DNA of 64,000 nucleotides from an uncultured cyanobacterium (GTDB lineage Bacteria; Cyanobacteriota; Cyanobacteriia; Cyanobacteriales; CAWCAG01): NCBI GenBank assembly GCA_963793425.1, contig CAWCAG010000009.1, positions 192,001 to 256,000 of the forward strand, read 5' to 3'. Shown piece by piece: positions 1 to 9,821 of this stretch (position 1 is its first letter; each line of letters starts with the position of its first letter). The notes under the pieces were generated by a model. It saw only the letters and a program-made list of their open reading frames with translations, ran no database searches and was not told where the DNA came from. The position numbers and the translations under genes were made by a program.

Positions 1-246
1 GGGATTTGTCTCATAATTGTAATATCCCTATCTTAGATTCACAAAAGTGAGGTTGGCCTTCACTTATGCCACTTTTTTAAACTGGCCTAATTTCTCTCAG
101 GGTAGAAATAATGCTAGATACTGTTTGGTTGCGTAGGTTATTTGTTGAGGTAGGGAGTAGGGAGTAGGCAGCATTTAAGTCTTTTGCAAAGATAAAAGAT
201 AATAGAGCTTCAATAAGTCACACACTAGGGAGTAGCAAACATTTGG

Positions 247-2400
247 TTACTTCAGTTGATCACATCCCAAACGGGGCAACCTTTTTTGCCAAGCTACTCG
301 CACTCTTTTATCATCATTACCACTAGCAATAACCAGCTTTTTTTCTACTTCCCTAATATCCACACTATTAAAATTATCTTTACCTTTTTCAATGTTCTCG
401 CCTTTAGAGAATTCTTTACTACGAGAACCTTCTTTGTCAAGGGGCCAAAACTTAACTTTACCATCATCGCTACCACTAACTAAATAGCAACCATCAGCAC
501 TCAAAGCAACTGAACGAACGGGGTTTTTGCCGTGGCCATCTGACCATTGATCTATAACTTTGCACTCCCTTCCTTCTAATAAACAGTCACCCATATCCCA
601 CAGGGTAATTCTACCTTGATTATCTGCTGTTACAACCCGATAAGGTTTAAATTCTGCTACATCTATAGCTTCGATATAACTATCTTTACCACCCTTGGGA
701 TAGTTGTCTATTTCTACTACTTTCTTTTCGCTTAAGTTCAGACGGCTAAACTTGTTATATCTTCCGGCAATTAATAAATTACTATCATCTTCTCCAGCAA
801 ACTTAAGGGATTCTGCTGTGGAATTAAAATCGTATAAAGGTAGAGGTTTTCTTGTTGTTGAACTTTCATCTATTTCCTGTTTTAAATCCCATAAAATAAT
901 TGCTCCGCTCCCATGACCACTGACTAGAAAGCGAGAATTATTGGTGAATTCCAAAGCTAAAACCCGGTCATCTTTTTCGGCACTAAAAGCTTCTATGGGT
1001 TGTTGGCGATTTTCTAAAAGATTCCAAATTTGAATTTCACCGTTTTCTAATCCAGCAGCAATTAAGTTATTATTTACTGGGCGATAAGTAGCTACACGTA
1101 CTTCCTTTTTAGCATTGCCCACAACCCCAATTTTAGGATTAAGTAAAGGTCGCCAGAAAGAAAAACCATCAACTCGCCAAGCGATTATTCTTTGGTCTTG
1201 AGAGCTACTAATTATCTGTTCTCCTACACCATTTAGTTGTACAGAGTTAACGGCTTCTTTATGTTTGGTGTTACTAGGATTAAAAGGAGAAAATTGGAAA
1301 GCCAGGAAAAGTAAACCAAATAGTCCGATTAACCTTAACCATAAAGGTACAATCGGTTTAACCAGTAGTTCAATATCTTGGCTTTCGTTGCGAGTATCTA
1401 AACGATGATCTGACCAAAGGGCGTTAATTTGTAATAATATTTTGTTGGCAAATAACCAAGGGCGCTTACTATTAGCTTGGAGTAATAAAACCCCTGTTTC
1501 TCCAGGAGCAATTTCAGCATTTTCCGGAAGAATTTCAAATTCGCTTTGACCCGGATCTTCGACTTCTATATCTACTCCAACTTCCTGTTCAACATTACTT
1601 TCATTTTTAAATTGCAATTCATAACTAACAGGATGAGAACGCCAGAAAGTCCAACTAAATTTTTTAGTCGGGATGACGTGTCTGGGAGGATCAATGGCGA
1701 AGTCTACAAAACCAGAAGGCAAGACTTCTAATGTACCGCTTATTTGTGAAGCAGGGCCATTACTTTGAGTGGCATCAATGGTAAAAGTGTAGTTTTTACT
1801 AACAGCTTCTTTCCCTTCAGGAAGCTGACAAGTTAAAGTGGTTTCTACTTCCTTTCCGGGAGGAATTTCTAAGTTATGATCTACACCATTAACTAGCCAC
1901 TGAGGATCTAATCCTAAAAGATTTAAAAAAGCCTCAGCAGGAAGTTGACTAGGATTATAAACTCTAACCGGAATATCAACTTGTGCGCCAGGATATTCTT
2001 GAAAATCATCAACAGGTAAAGTTAATTGTAGCGGAATTAACCCTTTACCTTGTTCCAAGTTTAAGCGCAGAATTTCTCTATCTTCATCTCGCAATTCAAT
2101 AGAAAAAGCCCTTACTGTCAGGTTCATCATTCCTACAAAACCTGGTACAGGAGAATCTTTAATAGCTACATGAAATCTTGTAATATCTCCCGGTGGCTTT
2201 TTGGTACTCACTTCAGGAGAAACATTGTACCAATCATAATTTTGATTACTACCTGCACCGGCGGCAATAACTTCTAATTGGAAACTAGCAAAACGCTCAC
2301 TTTCATTAATAACTTCTACTTCAAAATAAGCTGGTTGTTCCCCTGGTTTAAATTTGAGCTGTTTAGGATTAACTTTTGTGGTGATGGTGTTATCAGGCAT
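247..2400 (-). CDS. Single-pass membrane protein with N-terminal Ig-like beta-sandwich repeats and a C-terminal WD40 beta-propeller; CIS-locus associated
   Basis: 717-aa ORF; hydrophobic helix IVPLWLRLIGLFGLLFLAFQF near aa 350; WD40 signatures (LVSGHGSGAIILWDL, VTADNQGRITLWDM, LVSGSDDGKVKFWPL). Confidence 0.8.
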   Translation of the reverse strand: MPDNTITTKVNPKQLKFKPGEQPAYFEVEVINESERFASFQLEVIAAGAGSNQNYDWYNVSPEVSTKKPPGDITRFHVAIKDSPVPGFVGMMNLTVRAFSIELRDEDREILRLNLEQGKGLIPLQLTLPVDDFQEYPGAQVDIPVRVYNPSQLPAEAFLNLLGLDPQWLVNGVDHNLEIPPGKEVETTLTCQLPEGKEAVSKNYTFTIDATQSNGPASQISGTLEVLPSGFVDFAIDPPRHVIPTKKFSWTFWRSHPVSYELQFKNESNVEQEVGVDIEVEDPGQSEFEILPENAEIAPGETGVLLLQANSKRPWLFANKILLQINALWSDHRLDTRNESQDIELLVKPIVPLWLRLIGLFGLLFLAFQFSPFNPSNTKHKEAVNSVQLNGVGEQIISSSQDQRIIAWRVDGFSFWRPLLNPKIGVVGNAKKEVRVATYRPVNNNLIAAGLENGEIQIWNLLENRQQPIEAFSAEKDDRVLALEFTNNSRFLVSGHGSGAIILWDLKQEIDESSTTRKPLPLYDFNSTAESLKFAGEDDSNLLIAGRYNKFSRLNLSEKKVVEIDNYPKGGKDSYIEAIDVAEFKPYRVVTADNQGRITLWDMGDCLLEGRECKVIDQWSDGHGKNPVRSVALSADGCYLVSGSDDGKVKFWPLDKEGSRSKEFSKGENIEKGKDNFNSVDIREVEKKLVIASGNDDKRVRVAWQKRLPRLGCDQLK

Positions 2401-2429
2401 TTTGTTTGAGGGAGCAAGAAATATGAGGA

Positions 2430-2466
2430 AAAGCTATGTACCTTATGTGGCTTAGAATTGCGATAA
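2430..2466. repeat. 37-bp dispersed repeat; second copy at 12785-12821, degenerate copy near 15336-15366
   Basis: AAAGCTATGTACCTTATGTGGCTTAGAATTGCGATAA vs AAAGCTATGTACCTCATGTGGCTTAGAATTGCTATAA (35/37). Confidence 0.7.
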
Positions 2467-2539
2467 ATTAAGGGGGTTGGGGGTAGGCAGCAGCAGTAAA
2501 GTAATTAATAATAGGTAAGAAGAAGATGAGATTATGGGT

Positions 2540-2665
2540 AAGCTAAGACGTATTTAAACTGAGATTTTTTGCCTTAACTAAATTTCCACCAATGTCTTTA
2601 CTGCTCCCCACTCCCTACTCCCTGCTCCCCTGCCCTAGCCATACAATCTAAATACCTGACAGCTT
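2540..2665. mobile_element. Possible degenerate MITE-like element with imperfect 22-bp terminal inverted repeats
   Basis: AAGCTAAGACGTATTTAAACTG ... CAATCTAAATACCTGACAGCTT (16/22 as inverted repeat), enclosing CTCCCTA/CTCCCTG heptamers. Confidence 0.35.
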
Positions 2666-2712
2666 AGCTATTTATAGCATATTCTTTAGCATTTCAGATA
2701 ATAAGTACTTTG

Positions 2713-4095
2713 TTAGTTATTTTCTTGATCTCTTAGTAGTTTTGCCCTTGCTTGTAAGCTTTTTAAATAATTAACATCAATATTACGACCTTGATAATGA
2801 GTATTTCTAGCTTGGTCAATTTCTAAACGTAATTCGTCCATTTGCTCTGTTAAACCAGCTTCACGAGCATCAATTACCGTAGCCATGGCTTGGAATACCC
2901 TAGCTAATTCTCCCACTTCATCGGTACGCTGAACAATATTATCTAAAACTTCAGGTTGAAAGTTTTCTGACTCAATATCCCGCGCCGATTGATTTAAGCA
3001 GCGGATTGGTTGTACAATCCAACGGGAGGTTATTAATCCTAGTACTGTTGATAAGGCAGTAATGATCACGGCTAAGACAAAGGTAAAGCGTTGGGAAGTA
3101 TAAATAGAACCGAGAAAATCAGCTTCTGGAATAACTATTACTATTAACCAATCTAAACCTAACTTTTCTTTAGCTGATTGGACTTGTACTAATTGTTCAC
3201 CACCCTTAAAATCGAACATAAATTGTTCTTGATCTACCGGAATATTTTTTAAGCCACCAAACTCTTCAATTAAGGCTTTTTGAGTTGCTTGAACTAAAGG
3301 ATTAGAACTATCAGCAGCATTTAAACGTTCATTATTCTTGAAAGCTGGTTCCTCTGCTGAACTAGCTACAATATTTCCAGAAGGTTCTATAATAAAAGCG
3401 ATCGCCTCTCCTGATGTCCCAATTTCTAACTCTCGGAGAAACTTGCTGATTTCTGCTAAGGGAATATCAATTTCTAATACGCCGAGAAGAGAGCGATTTT
3501 TATCGTAAATCGGTAAAGCAGAAGTAACAAGTAAAGTGTTTTTTGAAGCAGAAGGAAAAATTGACGACCAAGTTAAAGTTTCTTCCCGTAAAGCAGCTTG
3601 ATACCAAGGACGTTCTTTAACATCAAAAGGAATAATTTCTGGGTTTCCTACCCGATTTCCTTGTTGATCAAGACTGTATATTTCCACATTAGATTGATTA
3701 GGTTCATCTATCAACCAAAGCAAGGTATCTCCATCTCTTTTTTCGATGCCAACATATTCTCCAGCAGCGTTAGCAAAGAAAATACTTGGTATCAAATCTG
3801 ATTTGTTTTGTAATTCCCAAAAGAAATCTCCAATAGCTGCAATATCTTTTAATTCTTCTCCTGGAACTATAGCGAATTCACTAACGCGGTTAACAATTTT
3901 TGGTGTATCTAAATAGTTTTTGACATTAGCTTTAATATGATCACTGGTTTCAGCACTTAATTGTTCAGCTAGTTCATGGGCAGCTTTTTGTCCACTACGA
4001 AAAGCTAACCAGTTTGTTAAACCTACAGCAGTAATTATCGGAGTAACAATTAATAAAGGAATAGTCCAGCTAATAGAAAGATGAGGGAGTTTCAT
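2713..4095 (-). CDS. Membrane sensor with Cache and HAMP domains and a short coiled-coil tail; no catalytic output domain
   Basis: N-terminal TM; Cache motif DVKERPWY; LDWLIVIVIPEADF; second TM; HAMP (QPIRCL...TDEVGELARVFQAMA); ends about 50 aa later. ATG at 4095 preferred over the TTG of the ORF track. Confidence 0.8.
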   Translation of the reverse strand: MKLPHLSISWTIPLLIVTPIITAVGLTNWLAFRSGQKAAHELAEQLSAETSDHIKANVKNYLDTPKIVNRVSEFAIVPGEELKDIAAIGDFFWELQNKSDLIPSIFFANAAGEYVGIEKRDGDTLLWLIDEPNQSNVEIYSLDQQGNRVGNPEIIPFDVKERPWYQAALREETLTWSSIFPSASKNTLLVTSALPIYDKNRSLLGVLEIDIPLAEISKFLRELEIGTSGEAIAFIIEPSGNIVASSAEEPAFKNNERLNAADSSNPLVQATQKALIEEFGGLKNIPVDQEQFMFDFKGGEQLVQVQSAKEKLGLDWLIVIVIPEADFLGSIYTSQRFTFVLAVIITALSTVLGLITSRWIVQPIRCLNQSARDIESENFQPEVLDNIVQRTDEVGELARVFQAMATVIDAREAGLTEQMDELRLEIDQARNTHYQGRNIDVNYLKSLQARAKLLRDQENN

Positions 4096-4152
4096 TTTTT
4101 TAAGTAACAGGTAATAGGTAAAATACTGTTCCCGATTAGCAACTAGCAAATA

Positions 4153-5622
4153 TTACATCAACTGCTCAAACAATTGATCACTACGTTTTGATTTTTTAGC
4201 TTTCTCTTTCTTGGGGGATTGTGGTTGTTGGGGAGGAGGAGTTGGAGTTGGGTTTGCTTGGGCCTTTTGTAGTTGGATCATTTGTTTGCGATACCAAGCA
4301 TAAAGTAAAATATTAATACCCATTTCTTGGGCAGTACGGATTGTTTCTCTGGGTAAAGCAAGTTCTGGATCTAAACCCCAAGCTAAAGATAAATTGCCAA
4401 TAATAGCAACGATGCCTCCTCCGGTTAGAATTTGTAGCCCTTGCCTTTTGATTTTTGGTAGTGCCGCAAATAAGAAAGGTTTGGTACGTAAAGGATGATC
4501 GCGAGGCAAATCATCAAATAACCTTAAAGGAGTATTTAACTTTGTGGCTAAGTCTTGAAATACTCCCGAACTGCTACTAATTCTTGCGGCTAAATCTTCT
4601 TTAACAGCAAACAATTCTGCTTCTAAATCTGGGACATAACCAGCTAATTCTGGATCTTCTGCTACATCTGCGATCGCCTGTTGCAATTCCTGTTGAATTT
4701 GTAACAAAGCACCTAAACTATTACCTTGAGTAGCAACTTCTACTAAAAGTAGCCCACCCTTAGTTAAATAATCTTCTAAAAGTTTAACTTCTGCTTGCTC
4801 AAATTCAGCTTCCGGCTGATAATTTAAGTAAATTAAATCCTGGTCTAAACTTTCTTCTTGCTCTTTTACTTCAGCTAAATTAATCTCAGCTATAACATCT
4901 TCACCTTGGAGAAATGGATATAGTCCAGGGAGAGATTGTAATAAATAACTTAAGTTAGTAATATTTTTTTCTTGTTGAGGAGAAGCATCAGCAATAACTC
5001 CTGTACTAATAATAGATTGAGGGCGGGATCTAGCTTGTTGACGAAAGCGTAAATCTAGTTCATTTTTCTGGGGATAAAAGACATCTTGAGCATTTCTTAA
5101 TTCCACAGGAAGATTATTTCTTTCTTTCCCCCCCGGCGGTAAAACCACACGACACAATTCTACTTCTGTTTCACTAGGGGGAGTAGCCTTTTCAACGATG
5201 CGAAAGGTTTCTTTAACTAATTCATTTTGAGGTTTGCGGTGTAACTTTTCTGGATCAACATAACTAATTGCCAGGTATACAGTCATCGGTAAATCACTCC
5301 GGTTTTCCGAAGAAATCCGAAAATCCATTTGATCTGTAATCACAATAAAGTTGCCAAACAAATCAATAGCAATGCCCGGCTGAATTTGAACCCAACGCTT
5401 ATCTCGATACTTAGCACTAACCTCCATAGGAGGAGGAATAATATGTACTCCTAAGTCGCAAACAATCCCCGGTTGATTGAGGGATTGAAAGTGAACATTT
5501 TGTCTCTGACGATGATAATCATGGGCCAACCGCCAGCGTTCAGCATTAATTAATAAACCATCTCGGATAGAAATACGTTCAAAAGGTTTAATTGTAGGCG
5601 GAGGGAGATGATTATTTTTCAT
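4153..5622 (-). CDS. CIS-associated protein: N-terminal fibre-attachment-like domain plus C-terminal DUF4159-like domain
   Basis: N-terminus PFERISIRDGLLINAERWRLAHDYHRQRQ...GIVCDLGV...IQPGIAIDLFGNFI resembles eCIS fibre/baseplate shoulder domains; C-terminus YLTKGGLLLVE...DHPL...AQEMGINILLYA is DUF4159-like. Confidence 0.65.
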   Translation of the reverse strand: MKNNHLPPPTIKPFERISIRDGLLINAERWRLAHDYHRQRQNVHFQSLNQPGIVCDLGVHIIPPPMEVSAKYRDKRWVQIQPGIAIDLFGNFIVITDQMDFRISSENRSDLPMTVYLAISYVDPEKLHRKPQNELVKETFRIVEKATPPSETEVELCRVVLPPGGKERNNLPVELRNAQDVFYPQKNELDLRFRQQARSRPQSIISTGVIADASPQQEKNITNLSYLLQSLPGLYPFLQGEDVIAEINLAEVKEQEESLDQDLIYLNYQPEAEFEQAEVKLLEDYLTKGGLLLVEVATQGNSLGALLQIQQELQQAIADVAEDPELAGYVPDLEAELFAVKEDLAARISSSSGVFQDLATKLNTPLRLFDDLPRDHPLRTKPFLFAALPKIKRQGLQILTGGGIVAIIGNLSLAWGLDPELALPRETIRTAQEMGINILLYAWYRKQMIQLQKAQANPTPTPPPQQPQSPKKEKAKKSKRSDQLFEQLM

Positions 5623-5644
5623 TTGTTATGAATTAGGTGAGTGG

Positions 5645-5747
5645 GGAATAAGGAATAAGTAATAAGGAATAAGTAATAAGGAATAAGTAATAAGGAATAA
5701 GTAATAAGGAATAAGTAACGACAAATGATAAATGATAAATGATAAAT
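5645..5747. repeat. STRR heptamer arrays: alternating GGAATAA/GTAATAA, then ATAAATG
   Basis: Visible tandem heptamers between two CIS genes. Confidence 0.9.
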
Positions 5748-5749
5748 GT

Positions 5750-6832
5750 TTACTGTTCAATGGATAATTCATAGGTGGAGAAAACAGGCTTTTCTTGTTC
5801 GATAATTTGTTTAACTAACTTGAGATCGATTTCTTGTTCTGGCATTGGTTTGAGACGAACCAGAAAATGGTAAGGTCTGCCGCCGCCGACAATAGAATCT
5901 TGTCCTAAATGAGTTCCTCCAGTGACGAATCCTTGCCCGAATACTTCAGAAATGCTGATATGTTTCTCCGTCTCAGGCAATCCCTCATCTAAAGGCAAAC
6001 CTGTAAATAGATGTAAATACAATCGCAAACCTCGCCTGGTTCCGCGCCAACGGTATACTTCCATGGCTTGGCGAATTAAATATCGTTGTCGCTGCAAACT
6101 TAAGTGAGGTGTTAGTTCCCAGCCTACCCAATAAGCCAAAAAAGGTAACAATGATTCCGGGGCTGTTAAGGGATCTAAATAAGCCCACAAGCCTTCTAAG
6201 GCATTTACAGCAGGTTCAAAACTCTCTTCAAAAAGTTTCAGTATACGACCGACAAAATCAACTTCCCGATAAACATCTGGTAAAAAGTTGAGATAGAGGC
6301 TGCGAGGGCGAACGTAGAGTTGAAAAGGTTGAGTGGCGATGCAGGGTAACTCTTCGGGAATCTCTGCTGTTTCTGGGTTGTAGGGGCCATAATTGACGTA
6401 AGCTTTACCAACATAGTCTAATTCTAAAGCTCGGCCATCGGTAGGTTGTTGATTGTTCTCAAAAAAGTCTGGGGGAATCTGCAAATAAAGTACTGCTTCC
6501 ATTTCTCCTCCGGGAGGCAAAGTATGGCCTTCCATACCAATACGACACCAAGGGGTAGGAAAATTCCCTTCTGCGGCAATATCCAAATAAATCCAACGAT
6601 TACTGTGGTTAGCAACTCTGACTAAGATTTCACTTGGTTCTTCTGGGTAAATAACTAGCTTGCAACCTGTTTTACCTAACTTAGCTTCCTGATTCCGATC
6701 AACCAAAGCACTCGAAGAGAGAAACTCGCTATTCTTTTTATCCCTACCAATAGGCTGAGGCTCACTTTCTGATATCTTCATAGATACCAGTTGTAAGCTT
6801 AGGGGTAAAAGTTCTTCGCGGGCTTGGGTCAT
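5750..6832 (-). CDS. Phage tail protein I (P2 gpI-like) / CIS baseplate wedge protein with N-terminal extension
   Basis: YLNFLPDVYRE...YLDPLTAPESLLPFLAYWVGW...YRWRGTRRGLRLYL...IIEQEKP motif set. Confidence 0.85.
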   Translation of the reverse strand: MTQAREELLPLSLQLVSMKISESEPQPIGRDKKNSEFLSSSALVDRNQEAKLGKTGCKLVIYPEEPSEILVRVANHSNRWIYLDIAAEGNFPTPWCRIGMEGHTLPPGGEMEAVLYLQIPPDFFENNQQPTDGRALELDYVGKAYVNYGPYNPETAEIPEELPCIATQPFQLYVRPRSLYLNFLPDVYREVDFVGRILKLFEESFEPAVNALEGLWAYLDPLTAPESLLPFLAYWVGWELTPHLSLQRQRYLIRQAMEVYRWRGTRRGLRLYLHLFTGLPLDEGLPETEKHISISEVFGQGFVTGGTHLGQDSIVGGGRPYHFLVRLKPMPEQEIDLKLVKQIIEQEKPVFSTYELSIEQ

Positions 6833-6842
6833 AAATAAATTT

Positions 6843-6884
6843 GCTAATGGCTAATGGCTGATGGCTAATGGCTGATGGCTAATT
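6843..6884. repeat. STRR heptamer array (GCTAATG/GCTGATG)
   Basis: Direct tandem repeat. Confidence 0.85.
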
Positions 6885-6921
6885 GTTCTCCCTATCCATT
6901 GTTAGTTTACTCGTTGGAGAC

Positions 6922-9125
6922 TTAAATTAAATTGATTACGTGGCCCGAACGCAGTTGGTGGTCGTACCAGGAACAGATTAAACCCAGAGGGCGGGGTCGA
7001 TAACCGGTTCTTTAGGTAATCGCCTGATCCAATTTCTACCGTCATGGCGAATTTCAAACAGTTGTACTGTTCCTAAATAACGTACTCCGGGAATGATTTG
7101 AAACAAGTTAACAATATCTGAAGAATAAACTTGTCTGCCAAAAGGCCAGCCTGTACCTTCTGGCCCTCCCGTGAGGGGATTGAGGAAACGGTAGAGGGCA
7201 ACTTGAAGTTGATTGAGAATTTCCTGTTGGGTTTGGGGATTATTGTACTCTGGTTCTAGGGCTACCTCCGTTTGTACCGCTACACCAACATATTCTGCTT
7301 GATGACATTTCACTTCTACCCCTAACAAACGCCGTTCATCCAAGTAAGCGATAACTTGGTCAACAATACTCTGGTTAAGATTAAACCAATCGGGGTGAAT
7401 ACCTTCTCTCCTCGCAATGCCATCCAGATTAGCTTGGGGAACTAAAACCAGGCGGACTACCCCAGCATCATCTTGACTTAAAGAAGGAATGCAACGAGTC
7501 CGGGCGATTGCACCCATGCCAGCGGCTTTAGCTAGGGTTTCAAAGTCTTCTGCGGTTACGGCGCGATCGCGGGTACGTAATAGTTTTGGTACTCTAATCA
7601 CAGCATTTTCCAATGATTCTGCATCCGAACCATGGCGGGCTGGTTTGTGGTTGGTAACCCTCGCAACATAAGGAACAGCGGATTTTATGATTGTGACGGT
7701 TTGGCTTTGGACGTTGCCCCTCAGCCCTCCTCCAGTGCGATAAGCTACCATACGAATAGTTGAACCCCTAGGAGGTACAGCCCCATACTGGCGTTCCATT
7801 TGTTGTATATCTGGAGGAAGCCCAGGTTGATCGCTATCACTGGCGGGGCCAGTCCTAGCAGATTGGAGGTGAGTTCGCCAATGAGTCACGCTTTGTAATT
7901 GGGCTGGTTCACGAATCAAAGGCCCAAATTGTACAACTCCGGTGGTGGAATCTAGGGTATAGTGCAAATCTTCATTTGTAGATTCAGCAAAATCTGGTAC
8001 TTCTTGCCAATTTTGGGGCAGTCCCACCGGGGGACTAACGACAATATATTCCTCTTCAGTTCGAGGCAAAATGGGGGTTTCTTGGAGTTGGAAAGTTTGA
8101 CCAGGCTGTCCATCACTATCCCCCAAAATTTCATCCCGGACTAAAGTAGATTGGGTAGCCCCAATTGTTCCCCCCAAGGAACGACTACTTAAACCAACTA
8201 CGCGAGGAGAACTAAAATAACCGGGTTGGCGGTCATGTTTTTTGGCATAAACACATCGCAACCACCGCCCTTGATAAGTGACAAACTGAGTTACTGGCCA
8301 ACTTTGGGGAGTATGGAAAATAACATCTGTACCATCAAAAGGATCTCCCCCTTCTCTGGTTAACTGGGCAAAGCTAAATCCTTCAGTACTGTCATCCTCT
8401 TCTTTAAGCAAAACAGGTTCCCAAAAAGCCCCATTCCAAGCTTCCCAACGTCGGGGCGGTTGTTCAGGGTTAATTCCTGTAGAAGTAGCAGCCTCTCCTT
8501 TAAAATTTACAGAAATAACATTCCCGGCAATGGGTTCATCAGGATTAAAAACCAAATAAAAACAGTTCCCTTCTTCCGGTTGTTCATTGAACAAACTTAG
8601 CTCCGGCCCTTCCCACTCTTCACCATACCCCAATCGCCAAATACCACTAAAGCGATCGCGGAGAATTTGAGGTTGAGTTTCCGTTTCCGTTGCAGTGAGG
8701 AGATGTTTAATACTAGGCTTACCAATAACTAGGGTTTCATCTGTGCGAAAAACCACTGCTTGTTCAGTTTCTGTCCGTATCGTCGCCACTTCTGTTCCGG
8801 TGGGAATACTATAAGCATTGTCCAATGAAGCACTAAGATAAAAGGTTAAAGCCGTTTTAGCTGGGGTTGGGGGTTGGAGGCGTACCCCAAGGAGTTCTAA
8901 GAAAGTAACATAGTTGCGCCTGGGAACTTGATTAAACCGCAGTAACATTTGGTCAGTTAACCAAGCGAATAACTCAATGAGAGTAATTCCTGGGTCACTA
9001 GGGTTATAATTTGTCCACTCCGGACAGTAACGAGGAATCCGTAACTTACACTCTTCTACTAAATCCTGAAATGTCCGATCATCCAAATCAGGCTTAGGTA
9101 ACTTAGGTAAAAAATCAAATTCCAT
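6922..9125 (-). CDS. Baseplate J-like (gp6/Afp11-type) CIS assembly protein; apparent 1-bp frameshift near 6992
   Basis: LDDRTFQDLV...WTNYNPSDPGITLIELFAWL, YRTGGG...GNV, RAVTAEDFE, GWPFGR. Restoring one G at about 6992 gives ...VIDPGPLGLICSWYDHQLRSGHVINLI* ending at 6922. Confidence 0.9.
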
Positions 9126-9256
9126 AATTTAGTTTTTATAGGGAACAGGGAAAGAGCAAAAGTAATAAGTAACAAGTAATAAGTAATAAGCTTGAACTAG
9201 ATACTAAATGCTTTTGCCATAGATATTAAAGAAACACTTCAAGCATTGATAACTGA

Positions 9257-9679
9257 TCATTGACCAGGCGGTAATAAATAGAAAGGAAAAACTATACTCC
9301 GTAAATCATAGTTTTCTTTTGTATGATATCGAATAGTAATATCGAGACGACCTTCTGTGGGGTCTGGTTCTGTATATACTCCATCTATGGTAATGCGAGG
9401 TTCCCATCTTTCTAAAGCTTCTCGAACATAAAGACGCACCATCAACAGAGTTTGGGTGTTCATGGGTGCAAAGACTAGTTCTGATAAGCGAGAACCAAAA
9501 TCTGGGCGATAGACCCTTTCTCCGAACCTTGTACCCAGGATAATTCTGATGGACTCCTCAATATTTTGATTTTGACCGCTAAGGGTTAAATTTCCCTGTA
9601 CGTTCATACTTAGGGGAAAAGAAAATCCCTTGCCGACAAAGTTATCTGAGTTTTGTTGATTTTCGTCGTTTTCCGCCAT
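9257..9679 (-). CDS. GPW/gp25 family baseplate wedge protein
   Basis: GKGFSFP...IEESIRIILGTRFGERVYRPDFGSRL...ALERWEPRI...VFPFYL. Confidence 0.92.
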   Translation of the reverse strand: MAENDENQQNSDNFVGKGFSFPLSMNVQGNLTLSGQNQNIEESIRIILGTRFGERVYRPDFGSRLSELVFAPMNTQTLLMVRLYVREALERWEPRITIDGVYTEPDPTEGRLDITIRYHTKENYDLRSIVFPFYLLPPGQ

Positions 9680-9821
9680 TTTTTACCAATTACCACTAGG
9701 GAGCCAGGGGAAGAGCGCCTCTTTATTATGCCCCTATTGTTACCAAGATTTTTTCCTTCCTATCAATCTACTCAAATCCTCACAACTTAAATATTCTCCA
9801 AAAGTCGATACTCTCCGCCAA

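Noticed and set aside
247..9679. Prophage or canonical T6SS
   Set aside because: No capsid, terminase, portal or integrase genes and no TssJLM/TssK/ClpV; host-like STRR and HIP1 content; the baseplate J and gp25 sequences look eCIS-type.
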